Of a DNA stretch of 36,576 bases, positions 8,691-17,345 are shown one piece after another (position 1 is the first letter of the stretch; each line of letters opens with the position of its first letter). The stretch is from an uncultured Eubacteriales bacterium. Its GTDB lineage: Bacteria; Bacillota; Clostridia; Oscillospirales; CAG-382. The position numbers and the translations under genes are program-made. Location: NCBI GenBank assembly GCA_900554405.1, contig USHI01000001.1, forward strand, positions 1 to 36,576, in the 5' to 3' direction. The notes under the pieces were generated by a model. The model did no database searches, was not told the origin of the DNA, and saw nothing but the letters and a program-made list of their open reading frames with translations.

Positions 8691-10076
8691 ATGATAAAGG
8701 ATCTTATCACGGCTGCAAAATACAGATTTATCTCCGGAGCGCATACCGAACTCCGCGCGCAGAACAACCGCACCCGCCGCGTGACAATGGTTTCGGGCAA
8801 CCTTGTCGCAAACACAAGGAACGATCATTCCGGCGTTTCGGCGCGCGTTTACAAAAACGGGGTATACGGCTTTGCTTCGAACGCCGAATACACGGATGCT
8901 TCCGTTGCCGCCGTTATCGATGCGGCAAGCGAAAACGCCGATTTTCTCGCCGCACACGCGGGCAGGGAGGTGCCTTTGCTCGCGCCGATATCCGCCCCCG
9001 CGTTCGAGCGCGAATATCCGATCCCCGAGACCGACCAGAAGGCATATGTCGATTTCGTGCGCGGGCTGGATGATTATATCGCACGGAAGTACAAAAACCT
9101 TGCGGGCAGGACGGTTATCGCAACCGAGGACTCGCAGGAAAAGCTTTTGCGCGTTTCGGACGGCAGAGATGCACACACCGGCATATCGCGTTCCTATATT
9201 TATGTGTTCCTGAACGCCGAGACCGATTCCGGCACTCCGGTGGAGCTGTTCGATGCGTTCGGCGGAGAACACGTCTTTTCCGCCAATTTTACCGACCCGG
9301 CATTGCTTTATCCGCAGGTCGATGCGCTTTACGAGCGCATAATGAAGAAGCGCGAGGGCGTTTATGCCGATGCCGGCGAAAAGACGGTCATACTCGGCGG
9401 CATGATGACAGGTATGCTTGCGCATGAGGCTGTCGGCCATACGGTGGAGGCGGATCTTGTGATCGGCGGCAGTGTCGCGGCGCACTCGCTCGGCAAAAGG
9501 GTGGGCAGCGAGCTCGTGAATATGGTCGATTTCGCGCATACGGCTTTCGGAAAGCCCGCTCCGCTGCCTGTTTTCGTGGATGATGAGGGCACCCCCGCAA
9601 CGGATGCAAGGCTTATCGAAAACGGAATACTTGTTGGCTATATGAACAGCCGCGAAACGGCATTGCGCTTCGGCATGGAGCCGAACGGTAACGCCCGTGC
9701 GTGGAGCTTTTCGGACGAACCGCTTATAAGAATGCGCAACACCGCAGTCCTGCCCGGTAAGGACAAGCTGGAGGACATGATCGCTTCCGTGGATGACGGA
9801 TATCTTCTTCTCAATTCAAGCAACGGCCAGGCGGATACAACGGGCGAATTCATGTTCGGTGTTTCCTTCGGATACGAAATAAAGCACGGCAAGCTCGGCA
9901 GAGCGCTGCTGGATACGACGGTTTCGGGTGTCGCCTTCGATATGCTCAAAACCGTGGATATGGTTTCGGACGAGGTTGTTTGGGCAAGCAGCGGATTTTG
10001 CGGCAAAAAGCAGCCCATGTCGGTAGGTATGGGCGGCCCTGCTCTGCGCTGCAAGATAATGATAGGAGGTCGCTGA
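8691..10076 (+). CDS. tldD: TldD-type metalloprotease subunit (TldD/PmbA family)
   Basis: 461 aa with the metal-binding motif HEAVGHTVEAD and a Gly-rich C-terminus (GGPALRC) typical of TldD. Confidence 0.85.
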   Translation: MIKDLITAAKYRFISGAHTELRAQNNRTRRVTMVSGNLVANTRNDHSGVSARVYKNGVYGFASNAEYTDASVAAVIDAASENADFLAAHAGREVPLLAPISAPAFEREYPIPETDQKAYVDFVRGLDDYIARKYKNLAGRTVIATEDSQEKLLRVSDGRDAHTGISRSYIYVFLNAETDSGTPVELFDAFGGEHVFSANFTDPALLYPQVDALYERIMKKREGVYADAGEKTVILGGMMTGMLAHEAVGHTVEADLVIGGSVAAHSLGKRVGSELVNMVDFAHTAFGKPAPLPVFVDDEGTPATDARLIENGILVGYMNSRETALRFGMEPNGNARAWSFSDEPLIRMRNTAVLPGKDKLEDMIASVDDGYLLLNSSNGQADTTGEFMFGVSFGYEIKHGKLGRALLDTTVSGVAFDMLKTVDMVSDEVVWASSGFCGKKQPMSVGMGGPALRCKIMIGGR

Positions 10077-10078
10077 TA

Positions 10079-11380
10079 ATGGAAATGCTCGAAAAATACG
10101 CTTCGTTTATCCTTGAACGCGCAACCGCTCTGGGCGCCGATAAGGCGGTGTGCTCCGTCGCACGGAGTACAAAAAGGGAATTCAATGTCGACGGCGGCAA
10201 ATTTTCGCTTTTCCGTACCGTTTTTTCGGATTCGGTAAGCATAACCGTATTTGTCGGCGGAAAAAAGGGCAGCGTTTCGCTCAACAAGTTTGATGAAGAA
10301 AGCCTCGGGCGCGCCGTGGAGGAGTGCATTGCTTCCGCCGAAAGCGCCGTTGCCGACACTGCTTGGGAAATAGCGGAGGGCATCGGCGAGAAGCACTTTT
10401 ACAAGGGCGTTTACGAGCCGGACACCGAAAAGCTCTTCTTCCGCTGCCGCGAGCTTACGGAGGATATCGCAAAGCGGCATCCGAAAATAATGATGGAGCA
10501 GATGATCGTTTCGCACGATGCGGAAAAGAGGCTTTACCGCACCACGACCGGCAACAGCTATTACACCGTTTCCGGGTTTTATGAAATCGACCTGATGTAT
10601 TCCGCGCACGAGGGCGAAAAGGCAAGCTCCTTCTTCGGCAGCTCGCAGATAACCGCGGAGCTGGATCGCCCGTTTATCGAGCTCGGGCTTATCGACACCG
10701 AGCTTTCGGCGATCGAAAATCAGATCGACACGACCCCCGCAAGCGGGAAGTATGTCGGCAGAGTGATATTTGCCCCCGGCTGCTTCGCTTCCGATGTTAT
10801 CGGTACTGTCTGCGGCGCCTTTGCCGGGGATACCGTAATACTGGACGGCACATCCCTGTGGAAGAACAAGCTTTCGCAGCGCGTTGCGGATAAAAGGCTT
10901 CCCGTTTCCTTCAAGCCTTCCGACAGCCGCATTGTCTGCAAGGATAATTACAGCGGCGAAGGATATATTTCGGAGGATTTCGATTTTATCCGCGGCGGCG
11001 TTCTGCAAGGCTTTATGATCAGCCAATATGTCGCGAACAAGACGGGATTTAATCGCGCGCCGAACAGCGGCGCAAATCTTGTGGTGGAGCCGGGCACGGA
11101 ATCTCTCGACGATATTATCGCACGGACCGAGCATGGGCTTCTTGTCATGCGCTTTTCGGGCGGGAACCCGGGCTCGAACGGGGAATTTTCCGGTGTCGCG
11201 AAGAATTCCTTCCACATAGAAGACGGAAAGATCGCCTCCGCTGCGGGCGAAACGATGATCAGCGGCAACCTTGCCGAAATGCTCTGCTCGCTTGCCGGGA
11301 TCAGCAGCGAATTCTGTGCGGACGGCTTGAGCGTTGTGCCCTATGTCGCTTTCGACGGGATAACGATCTCCGGAAAGTAA
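10079..11380 (+). CDS. pmbA: PmbA/TldE-type partner subunit (TldD/PmbA family, no HExxxH)
   Basis: The start is moved to the ATG at 10079 (MEMLEKYASF), 2 nt after the tldD stop and preceded by AGGAGG. The ORF-track start 9980 overlaps tldD. The fold family is recognised from conserved blocks, and no zinc motif is present. Confidence 0.8.
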   Translation: MEMLEKYASFILERATALGADKAVCSVARSTKREFNVDGGKFSLFRTVFSDSVSITVFVGGKKGSVSLNKFDEESLGRAVEECIASAESAVADTAWEIAEGIGEKHFYKGVYEPDTEKLFFRCRELTEDIAKRHPKIMMEQMIVSHDAEKRLYRTTTGNSYYTVSGFYEIDLMYSAHEGEKASSFFGSSQITAELDRPFIELGLIDTELSAIENQIDTTPASGKYVGRVIFAPGCFASDVIGTVCGAFAGDTVILDGTSLWKNKLSQRVADKRLPVSFKPSDSRIVCKDNYSGEGYISEDFDFIRGGVLQGFMISQYVANKTGFNRAPNSGANLVVEPGTESLDDIIARTEHGLLVMRFSGGNPGSNGEFSGVAKNSFHIEDGKIASAAGETMISGNLAEMLCSLAGISSEFCADGLSVVPYVAFDGITISGK

Positions 11381-11400
11381 GATATAAAAACCAAAAAGAG

Positions 11401-11430
11401 AGGAGCTTTTACCGGCAGGTAAAAGCTCCT
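11401..11430. terminator. Bidirectional intrinsic terminator between convergent genes
   Basis: Perfect 13-bp stem AGGAGCTTTTACC / GGTAAAAGCTCCT with loop GGCA. It is flanked by an A-rich tract upstream and TTTGCTTTGCTT downstream. Confidence 0.75.
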
Positions 11431-11467
11431 TTGCTTTGCTTATGCGTTTTTACAGGCTATAAACGGG

Positions 11468-11989
11468 TCATACCCATTCGGAAGTCCAGCCGGATTCTGT
11501 TTCGGCGGGGTCGTACGGTTCAACAGTGTGATCCTTATTGATATTGTAGGTTCCGAAGTATGCGCGTTTGAGCAGCATGTAATCGAGCGGGGATATTTCT
11601 TCGCCCTCGGCGACACCTGCAGCTTCAAGATAAACGCCTTTCAGCTCGGCGGTGCCGAGGAAAGCTCTCTTGAGAAGGAGGTAGTCGTTCGGATCGAGCT
11701 TTCCGTTGGGGTCAAGGTCACCCATGACAACGGCGGTAAGCTCGTTACCGTTGATACGGACCTTTTTGCCGGTGGTAATAAGGTCGGTTTTATCGATAAG
11801 CTCGAATATTGTGCCGGGGAAAGCCGCTTTTGCATTTGCAACGGTGGTGTTTGCGGGAATGCCGTAAAGCTTTCCGTCGGCTATTTCGGGCTTGAAGGTG
11901 ATCTCTTCGGCACCTGCAAGAATGCCGGCAAACGCGGCAAATGCCGTGATGACCGCGAGTATGAGTGCTGCTGATCTGATCTTCTTCAT
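11468..11989 (-). CDS. Small secreted protein with a C-terminal dockerin-like module
   Basis: Start at the ATG at 11989 (MKKIRSAALILAVITAFAAFAG, signal peptide), preceded by GGAGGAAACA. Duplicated dockerin-like segments are GDLDPNGKLDPNDYLLLKRAFLG and ISPLDYMLLKRAYFG. Confidence 0.7.
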   Translation of the reverse strand: MKKIRSAALILAVITAFAAFAGILAGAEEITFKPEIADGKLYGIPANTTVANAKAAFPGTIFELIDKTDLITTGKKVRINGNELTAVVMGDLDPNGKLDPNDYLLLKRAFLGTAELKGVYLEAAGVAEGEEISPLDYMLLKRAYFGTYNINKDHTVEPYDPAETESGWTSEWV

Positions 11990-12015
11990 TGTTTCCTCCG
12001 TGATTATTTTGTGAT

Positions 12016-12855
12016 TTATTTGATTTCGATCCATTCACAAGGATGCTCGAGAGCCTTGTTTCCGGCTTCGATAATGCCCATTACCGAAACTGTTTCAGCG
12101 TGATCGGCAAATGTTTTGCCGCTCCTGAAAAATTCGCAGAGGCTGCTGATAAAATTGGGGAAATAGTTGCTCATCTGCGGGATCTTTACCGATCTGCCGT
12201 CGGTATAATTTACGATCATCTCGAAATCGACTCCGGACCAACCGTAGTGGCTCATAACGGCTCGCCTTCCGTTCGAAAATTCGATGACCATGGATTCATA
12301 TTTTCCGCTGCCGACAGACATTATGCGCTTTACATCACTGCCCATAAGAACCACGATCGGTTCTATCTGATGTATTGCATAAGTGTCGAAATTTCCGGGC
12401 CCGCGGGAATTTATGAAGCAGATTTCGTTTTTGTCGAAGCCCTGAAGCTCTGTCGCAAAGCGGAGCGCCGAGGTGGAGAAAAAGGGTGTGCCGTGCGCTT
12501 CACCGTTATCGACTATCTCCTGCGCGATCGCCCTTGTGGGGGCAAAGGTTTTATCCACATAAACGCGTTTGCCGCTCGCAAGCGGTTCGCGGCACAGCTC
12601 GAGATGGCGTTCGGGATTGTCCGGGGAAAGCACGATAATGCAATCGCTCTTTTCGACAAGCTCGGAAATCGTCGCGCAGCGTTCTACTCCGAACTTTGCG
12701 CACCATTCGTCGGTTGTCAGTCCGCCGGGTTTATCCTGTTCGGCATAAGCGTAAGCGACGGTGAATTCCTCGCCGGCTTCGTCATGGATGAACTTGGGAT
12801 AATTGTTTGCGTGCCATTCATCGAGATAGTGATCAATAAAACCGATTTTCTGCAT
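12016..12855 (-). CDS. Gfo/Idh/MocA-like oxidoreductase-fold protein (divergent N-terminus)
   Basis: KIGFIDHYLDEWHANNYP replaces a canonical GxGxxG. VYVDKTFA occupies the position of the EKP motif. The ATG at 12855 is preferred over the TTG at 12861 (GGAG lies 9 nt upstream). Confidence 0.65.
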   Translation of the reverse strand: MQKIGFIDHYLDEWHANNYPKFIHDEAGEEFTVAYAYAEQDKPGGLTTDEWCAKFGVERCATISELVEKSDCIIVLSPDNPERHLELCREPLASGKRVYVDKTFAPTRAIAQEIVDNGEAHGTPFFSTSALRFATELQGFDKNEICFINSRGPGNFDTYAIHQIEPIVVLMGSDVKRIMSVGSGKYESMVIEFSNGRRAVMSHYGWSGVDFEMIVNYTDGRSVKIPQMSNYFPNFISSLCEFFRSGKTFADHAETVSVMGIIEAGNKALEHPCEWIEIK

Positions 12856-12891
12856 TTTCAAAGACTCCGATTTTTTGTATTTGTTTTATTT

Positions 12892-13356
12892 TCAAGCGAA
12901 AATATTGAACAGCCCGACTATTCCGTATGAGCCTAGCATCATGATAAGCCCTGCGCCGACAACGCCGAGTGCGATCGGCGGGAATGCCTTTTTCAGGCTG
13001 AGCCCGAGCGTTATCGCAACGAGCGAGCCTGTCCACGCGCCGGTGCCGGGCAGCGGTATCGCAACAAAGGTCAAAAGCCCCCAGAAAAGAGTCTTGTTCA
13101 TTTTGCCGACCTTCTTTTCGCCGATCTCGAGTATTTTGCGGAACGGCTTGCCGATTTTTTCGAACCCGGCGAGCCAGTGCAGCACCTTGCCTCCGAAAAG
13201 AACCAAAAACGGAACGGGGAGCAGATTGCCGAGAACCGCCGCGAGAAAGCATTGCCACATTTCCAGCCCCATGCCTGCGCCGATAGGGATCGCTGCGCGG
13301 AGCTCAATTACGGGCACCATGCTTATGGCGAAAATGTAAATCAGTTTTTTGAGCAT
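12892..13356 (-). CDS. Small integral membrane protein, COG2426 / putative small multidrug export family
   Basis: 154 aa with 4-5 hydrophobic helices. The motifs VPVIELRAAIPIG and PLPGTGAWTG are as I recall for this family. Confidence 0.7.
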   Translation of the reverse strand: MLKKLIYIFAISMVPVIELRAAIPIGAGMGLEMWQCFLAAVLGNLLPVPFLVLFGGKVLHWLAGFEKIGKPFRKILEIGEKKVGKMNKTLFWGLLTFVAIPLPGTGAWTGSLVAITLGLSLKKAFPPIALGVVGAGLIMMLGSYGIVGLFNIFA

Positions 13357-13450
13357 ATATTGACCGTGATTGCCTGTTCTTCGCTTCCGCCCCGCCGCAC
13401 CGGAAACGCGGCACGGCGGGGGAAACGGCTGTTGAGGGTTTTATCCGTGA

Positions 13451-16267
13451 TTACTTTGTAAGAAGCTCGCGGATGTACTGAGTGCCGAGAATGTGGCGTT
13501 TGAGAAGTATGAGGTTGCCCATTGCATCGTTGCCGAGATCAGCTGCATCCTTCTGAGCATCACTGAGCGTGAGCGTGCCGAGGTATGCGCGCCTTGCATA
13601 GAGATAGTCGGTGGAATTGACAATGCCGTTCTGATCGACATCGCCCAGAACGGTGATAACAAAGCCTTCGCCGAAGTCGATCTTCATGCCGGTCTTTACA
13701 AGACCCTCGGTGACTTCCTTGCCTTCGCTGTCGAGAACGGTGAATTCGTTATCGAACATCGCCTTGAAGGCTTCGATCGTGACATTGTCGACATAGAGGC
13801 GAACCTTGCCGTCGATCACTTCGAGTTTCGCATCCGCCTTCGGAGTGAGTTCCTTTGCGGGAGCGGGGGTGACGGTGTAGCCTGCTTTGGTGACAGCCTT
13901 GTGACCGGTTACGTTAAAGCATTCTTCGGTGATGTTGTAAACACGAACGCTGTCGCCGATATTGACATTGGCAAAAGCATCCTTATTGCCGAACACGCCG
14001 ATAGCGGCACCGCCTGCCGGGATGGCGACGTCGGTCTTGACACCGTCGGGTCTGCCGAGCTTGTTGTATATGCCGATGACCTTGCCTTCGGCATCAATGA
14101 TCATAACAGCCCAGTAGTTCATGTCGGGGTCTTCGGTGCCGATACCGGCGGCATCGCCCAGGCGGACAAGCGCGCCGATGGTGGTCGCTTCCTTGGCTGC
14201 AAGAAGAACGGTCAGGCCGCCCTCATGCTTGTAGCCGACATAGTCGATCTTCTTCGCATCTGCGGGAAGCTCTTCAAGAGGATCGGGCTGGATCACGGGT
14301 TCGGTATAAACGGTGAAGCCGGCCTGTTCAAGCATGGCGTTTTCCGCTTTATCGTACTGTGCGCGTACGCCTTCGAGGCTCACGTTGTAAAGGGTGATCT
14401 CGGAGCCGACCCTTACAGCTTTGTGGAAGGGATTGCCGACATTGTTCTTCCAGCTTTCGGCAGTGCCGGCATGAACGCCGAGAATGTAGCTGCCTGCGGC
14501 GAGAGCGACATTTGTCTTTATGCCGTCCGGTCTGCCGAGCTTATCGTAAACTGCGGTGACCTTGAGGTTTTCGTCAAGGAGAACCACATAGTAGTAGTTG
14601 AGGTCTCTCGTGCCGCCGGAGAAGCGGAGAGTCCATTTGCCGATTGTTGTATCTTCCTTGACATAGCCGAAGAAGCTTGTGTCTCCCTGATACCAGCAGC
14701 CGATGACGGTGAGCGGGAAAGCGCCCTCGGGGAGCTGTTCCTTCTGTTCGGGCTGAACGGGTATTTCTGTATAAACGGTAAAGCCCGCGTTGACAAGCTC
14801 AACGGTGGTTTTTCTCGCCCAGAGGTCCTTAAGACCCTGTTCGTTGATGTTGCAGAGCGTGATTTCGGAACCGACCTTTACTTTTGCCGTGAAGGCAGCC
14901 GCGGGGCCGTTGATCCAATCTGCCGCCGTGCCCTTGTTGATGCCGATGACATAGCTGTTTGCCGGGATGACAACGTCGGTCTTTACACCGGGCTTGTTGC
15001 CGCTTTCGTCGGGTTCTCTGCCGGTTGCGGTGTAAACTGCAATGACCTTGTAGTTTTCGTCAAGGATGGCAACATAGAAGTAGTTCATGTCCTTGGCGGT
15101 GCCGAAGTAATTGGCGGTAAAGCCGCCGATGGTGGTCTCTTCGGCAACATAGCCGATAACGCCGACATCATTTGTGTGGATGTAGCCTGCGTGGGTGAGC
15201 TTGATCGCACCCTCGGGGAGCTCTTCCTTTTCCTCGGGCTGAACGGGTATTTCGGTATAGACGACGTAGCCGGCTTCGGTAACCGCGGTGTGGCCGGTCA
15301 CATTGAAGCGTTCTTCCGTGATGTTGTAAACACGAACGCTGTCGCCGATATTTACACCTTCAAAAGCATCTGCCTTGCCGTGTACGCCGATAACAATACC
15401 GCCTGCAGGGACTGCAACGTCGGTCTTGACGCCGTCCGGCCTGCCGAGCTTGTTGTATATGCCGATGACCTTGCCTTCGGCATCAATGATCATAACAGCC
15501 CAGTAGTTCATGTCGGGGTCTTCGGTGCCGATACCGGCGGCATCGCCCAGGCGGACAAGCGCGCCGATGGTGGTCGCTTCCTTGGCTGCAAGAAGAACGG
15601 TCAGGCCGCCCTCATGCTTGTAGCCGACATAATCGATCTTCTTCGCATCTGCGGGAAGCTCTTCACGCGGAGTGGGCTGGAGGGGCTTCGGGTTGCCGTC
15701 TGCAACCGTTATTTCAAAGCCCGCGGGGCTGCATTCGTTGCCCGCAAGGTCGACACCGCGTATATCGGTGACCCTGAAGGTGAGATCGCTGCCGACGGCT
15801 GCGGCCGTGCTTGTGAATTTGAAGGTGAAGCGTGCCGACACGGTGCTGTCGATCTTACCGGCAGTTTCGTTGCCGCCGAAGGCGATGTAGTATTCGCCGG
15901 CGGTTTCGTCGAGTCTGCCGAAGCCTTCCCAGTTTTCTATGCCGCTTATAACGGCGTTGAAATTGCCTTCTTCACCCGCCTTTGTGACGGGGGTAACGAG
16001 TGCGGGATCATAGGCGAGCCTGAATTCAAGCGCCTGGATGCCGCCTTCCTGGAGAGTGATGTCCGTGACATCGAGAACGATTTCGAATTCCTTGCCGGAT
16101 TCGTGCTTTGCGGCGGAATTGGTTCCGCTCAGTGTAAAGAACGCGCTTGCGGGTTCGCCGCCTTCGGCGCCGCCCCAAGTGCCATAGTCGATACCGCTTG
16201 CGAATGCGGAGATACCGGAGAATACGACCATGGAAAGAGCCAGAAAGAGTGCGAGTAGCTTTTTCAT
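13451..16267 (-). CDS. 938-aa secreted multidomain protein: signal peptide, cohesin-like domain, four tandem ~145-160-aa repeats, small beta module, dockerin-like C-terminus
   Basis: Signal peptide MKKLLALFLALSMVVFSGISAFA. The cohesin-like stretch is GKEFEIVLDVTD...GIQALEFRLAYDPALV...FTFKF. Repeats start with LPADAKK or LPEGA. The C-terminal segments are GDVDQNGIVNSTDYLYARRAYLG and NLILLKRHILG. TAA stop. Confidence 0.85.
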   Translation of the reverse strand: MKKLLALFLALSMVVFSGISAFASGIDYGTWGGAEGGEPASAFFTLSGTNSAAKHESGKEFEIVLDVTDITLQEGGIQALEFRLAYDPALVTPVTKAGEEGNFNAVISGIENWEGFGRLDETAGEYYIAFGGNETAGKIDSTVSARFTFKFTSTAAAVGSDLTFRVTDIRGVDLAGNECSPAGFEITVADGNPKPLQPTPREELPADAKKIDYVGYKHEGGLTVLLAAKEATTIGALVRLGDAAGIGTEDPDMNYWAVMIIDAEGKVIGIYNKLGRPDGVKTDVAVPAGGIVIGVHGKADAFEGVNIGDSVRVYNITEERFNVTGHTAVTEAGYVVYTEIPVQPEEKEELPEGAIKLTHAGYIHTNDVGVIGYVAEETTIGGFTANYFGTAKDMNYFYVAILDENYKVIAVYTATGREPDESGNKPGVKTDVVIPANSYVIGINKGTAADWINGPAAAFTAKVKVGSEITLCNINEQGLKDLWARKTTVELVNAGFTVYTEIPVQPEQKEQLPEGAFPLTVIGCWYQGDTSFFGYVKEDTTIGKWTLRFSGGTRDLNYYYVVLLDENLKVTAVYDKLGRPDGIKTNVALAAGSYILGVHAGTAESWKNNVGNPFHKAVRVGSEITLYNVSLEGVRAQYDKAENAMLEQAGFTVYTEPVIQPDPLEELPADAKKIDYVGYKHEGGLTVLLAAKEATTIGALVRLGDAAGIGTEDPDMNYWAVMIIDAEGKVIGIYNKLGRPDGVKTDVAIPAGGAAIGVFGNKDAFANVNIGDSVRVYNITEECFNVTGHKAVTKAGYTVTPAPAKELTPKADAKLEVIDGKVRLYVDNVTIEAFKAMFDNEFTVLDSEGKEVTEGLVKTGMKIDFGEGFVITVLGDVDQNGIVNSTDYLYARRAYLGTLTLSDAQKDAADLGNDAMGNLILLKRHILGTQYIRELLTK
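13853..15658 (-). repeat. Four tandem coding repeats (order A1-B1-B2-A2) inside the 938-aa gene
   Basis: Repeat boundaries run from the recurring LP(A/E)(D/G)A starts to the (V)YTE(I)PVQPE ends: A1 15221-15658, B1 14735-15220, B2 14270-14734, A2 13853-14269. Confidence 0.8.
14052..14276 (-). repeat. Near-identical intragenic duplicate tract, copy in repeat A2
   Basis: 225 nt match 15441-15665 at a constant offset of 1389 nt, with a single mismatch at 14243. 191 nt (14052-14242) are perfect. Confidence 0.9.
15441..15665 (-). repeat. Near-identical intragenic duplicate tract, copy in repeat A1
   Basis: Partner of 14052-14276. The flanking parts of the same protein repeats are visibly more diverged. 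Confidence 0.9.
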
Positions 16268-16325
16268 AGTGTTTGGATCCTTTCAAAAATATTTATTTTG
16301 CACAAATGCACCGGTTCTGAAAGTA

Positions 16326-16354
16326 ATTTTATCAAAAAAACCACCAAAGGTCAA
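16326..16354 (-). promoter_or_regulatory. Candidate sigma-A promoter of the 938-aa protein gene
   Basis: Minus strand reads TTGACC (16354-16349), a 17-nt spacer, then TAAAAT (16331-16326). Confidence 0.5.
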
Positions 16355-16386
16355 GAGCGAAAGCGAAAAATATCCGCCTTTTTTTA

Positions 16387-16415
16387 TTGTAATTACGGGA
16401 AAGATATAGTATAAT
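16387..16415 (+). promoter_or_regulatory. Candidate sigma-A promoter of murB-whiA-dnaE
   Basis: TTGTAA (16387-16392), a 17-nt spacer, then TATAAT (16410-16415). Confidence 0.5.
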
Positions 16416-16467
16416 AGCAGTGATATAATAACGGGAATTATACCCGCCTGTGCAAGGAGGCAGTGCA

Positions 16468-17331
16468 ATGTCCTATAAACGGCTCGAAAACGCGTCCGTC
16501 GCACCGTATTGCAGCATGAAGGTCGGCGGCAGGGCAAAACGCATACTTATCCCCGAAAGCATCCCGCAGCTTGCGGCGGCTGTCCGTGCCGAAGCCGAAA
16601 GCGGCGGCAGATATGTCGTCATGGGGAACTGCTCGAACGTGATATTCCCGGATACCGGATTCGACGGCACCGTGATACTCACCGGCTGTGTCAAAGGGAT
16701 GAGGTCCGCCGGCTGCACACTGACAGCCGCCTGCGGCGAAACGCTTTCCGCTCTTTCGCGGGCGGCGTGCAACGCGGGCATCGCGGGTTTTGAATTCTGC
16801 TACGGCATTCCCGGCACGGTCGGCGGCGGTGTTTTTATGAACGCAGGCGCTTACGGCGGGGAAATAAGCGGTATTTTCCTGCGCGGAGTATTTCTGGATA
16901 AGGAGCTCCGCGAAGTCACGCTCGAAAAGGGCGAAATGGATTTCGGCTACCGTAAAAGCGTTCTTGCGCAAAACGGATATATACTTCTTTCCGCCGAATT
17001 TGCCGGCACGCCCGGCGAAAGCGGCGCGATACGCGAAAAGGCAGAGGGCTTCATGCGTGCCCGCAGGCAGAAGCAGCCGCTCGAATACCCGAGCTGCGGC
17101 AGCGTCTTCAAACGCCCGGAGGGGCATTACGCCGGCGCACTGATCGAGCAATGCGGTCTGAAAGGCGTTTCCGTCGGCGGCGCGTATGTTTCCGAAAAGC
17201 ACGCCGGGTTTATCGTGAACAAGGGCGGCGCAACGGCTTCCGACGTTATCGCGCTGATAAAGCTCGTGAGGGATACCGTTTACGAGCGTACCGGCATAAT
17301 GCTCGAACCCGAGATCCGCGTGATCGGATAG
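16468..17331 (+). CDS. murB: UDP-N-acetylenolpyruvoylglucosamine reductase (UDP-N-acetylmuramate dehydrogenase)
   Basis: The ATG at 16468 is preceded by AGGAGG (the ORF-track start 16450 is a GTG). Motifs MKVGGRAK, GNCSNV, GIPGTVGGGVFMNAGAYGGE and SCGSVFKRP are present. Confidence 0.9.
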   Translation: MSYKRLENASVAPYCSMKVGGRAKRILIPESIPQLAAAVRAEAESGGRYVVMGNCSNVIFPDTGFDGTVILTGCVKGMRSAGCTLTAACGETLSALSRAACNAGIAGFEFCYGIPGTVGGGVFMNAGAYGGEISGIFLRGVFLDKELREVTLEKGEMDFGYRKSVLAQNGYILLSAEFAGTPGESGAIREKAEGFMRARRQKQPLEYPSCGSVFKRPEGHYAGALIEQCGLKGVSVGGAYVSEKHAGFIVNKGGATASDVIALIKLVRDTVYERTGIMLEPEIRVIG

Positions 17332-17345
17332 CTTCGGAGGTAACC

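Noticed and set aside
13390-13421. GC-rich hairpin CCCCGCCG...CGGCGGGG between the 938-aa gene and the COG2426 gene
   Set aside because: The stem is stable but no U-tract follows on either strand, so it is not called as an intrinsic terminator. It may be an mRNA-stabilising or processing hairpin. The evidence is insufficient.
13493-16258. 921-aa ORF on the plus strand, antisense to the 938-aa secreted protein gene
   Set aside because: It is a shadow ORF of a GC-rich gene. The translation is low-complexity (Ala/Gly/Val/Asp/Phe-rich) with no recognisable motif, RBS or signal. The opposite strand has a coherent signal peptide, domain repeats, a promoter and an RBS.
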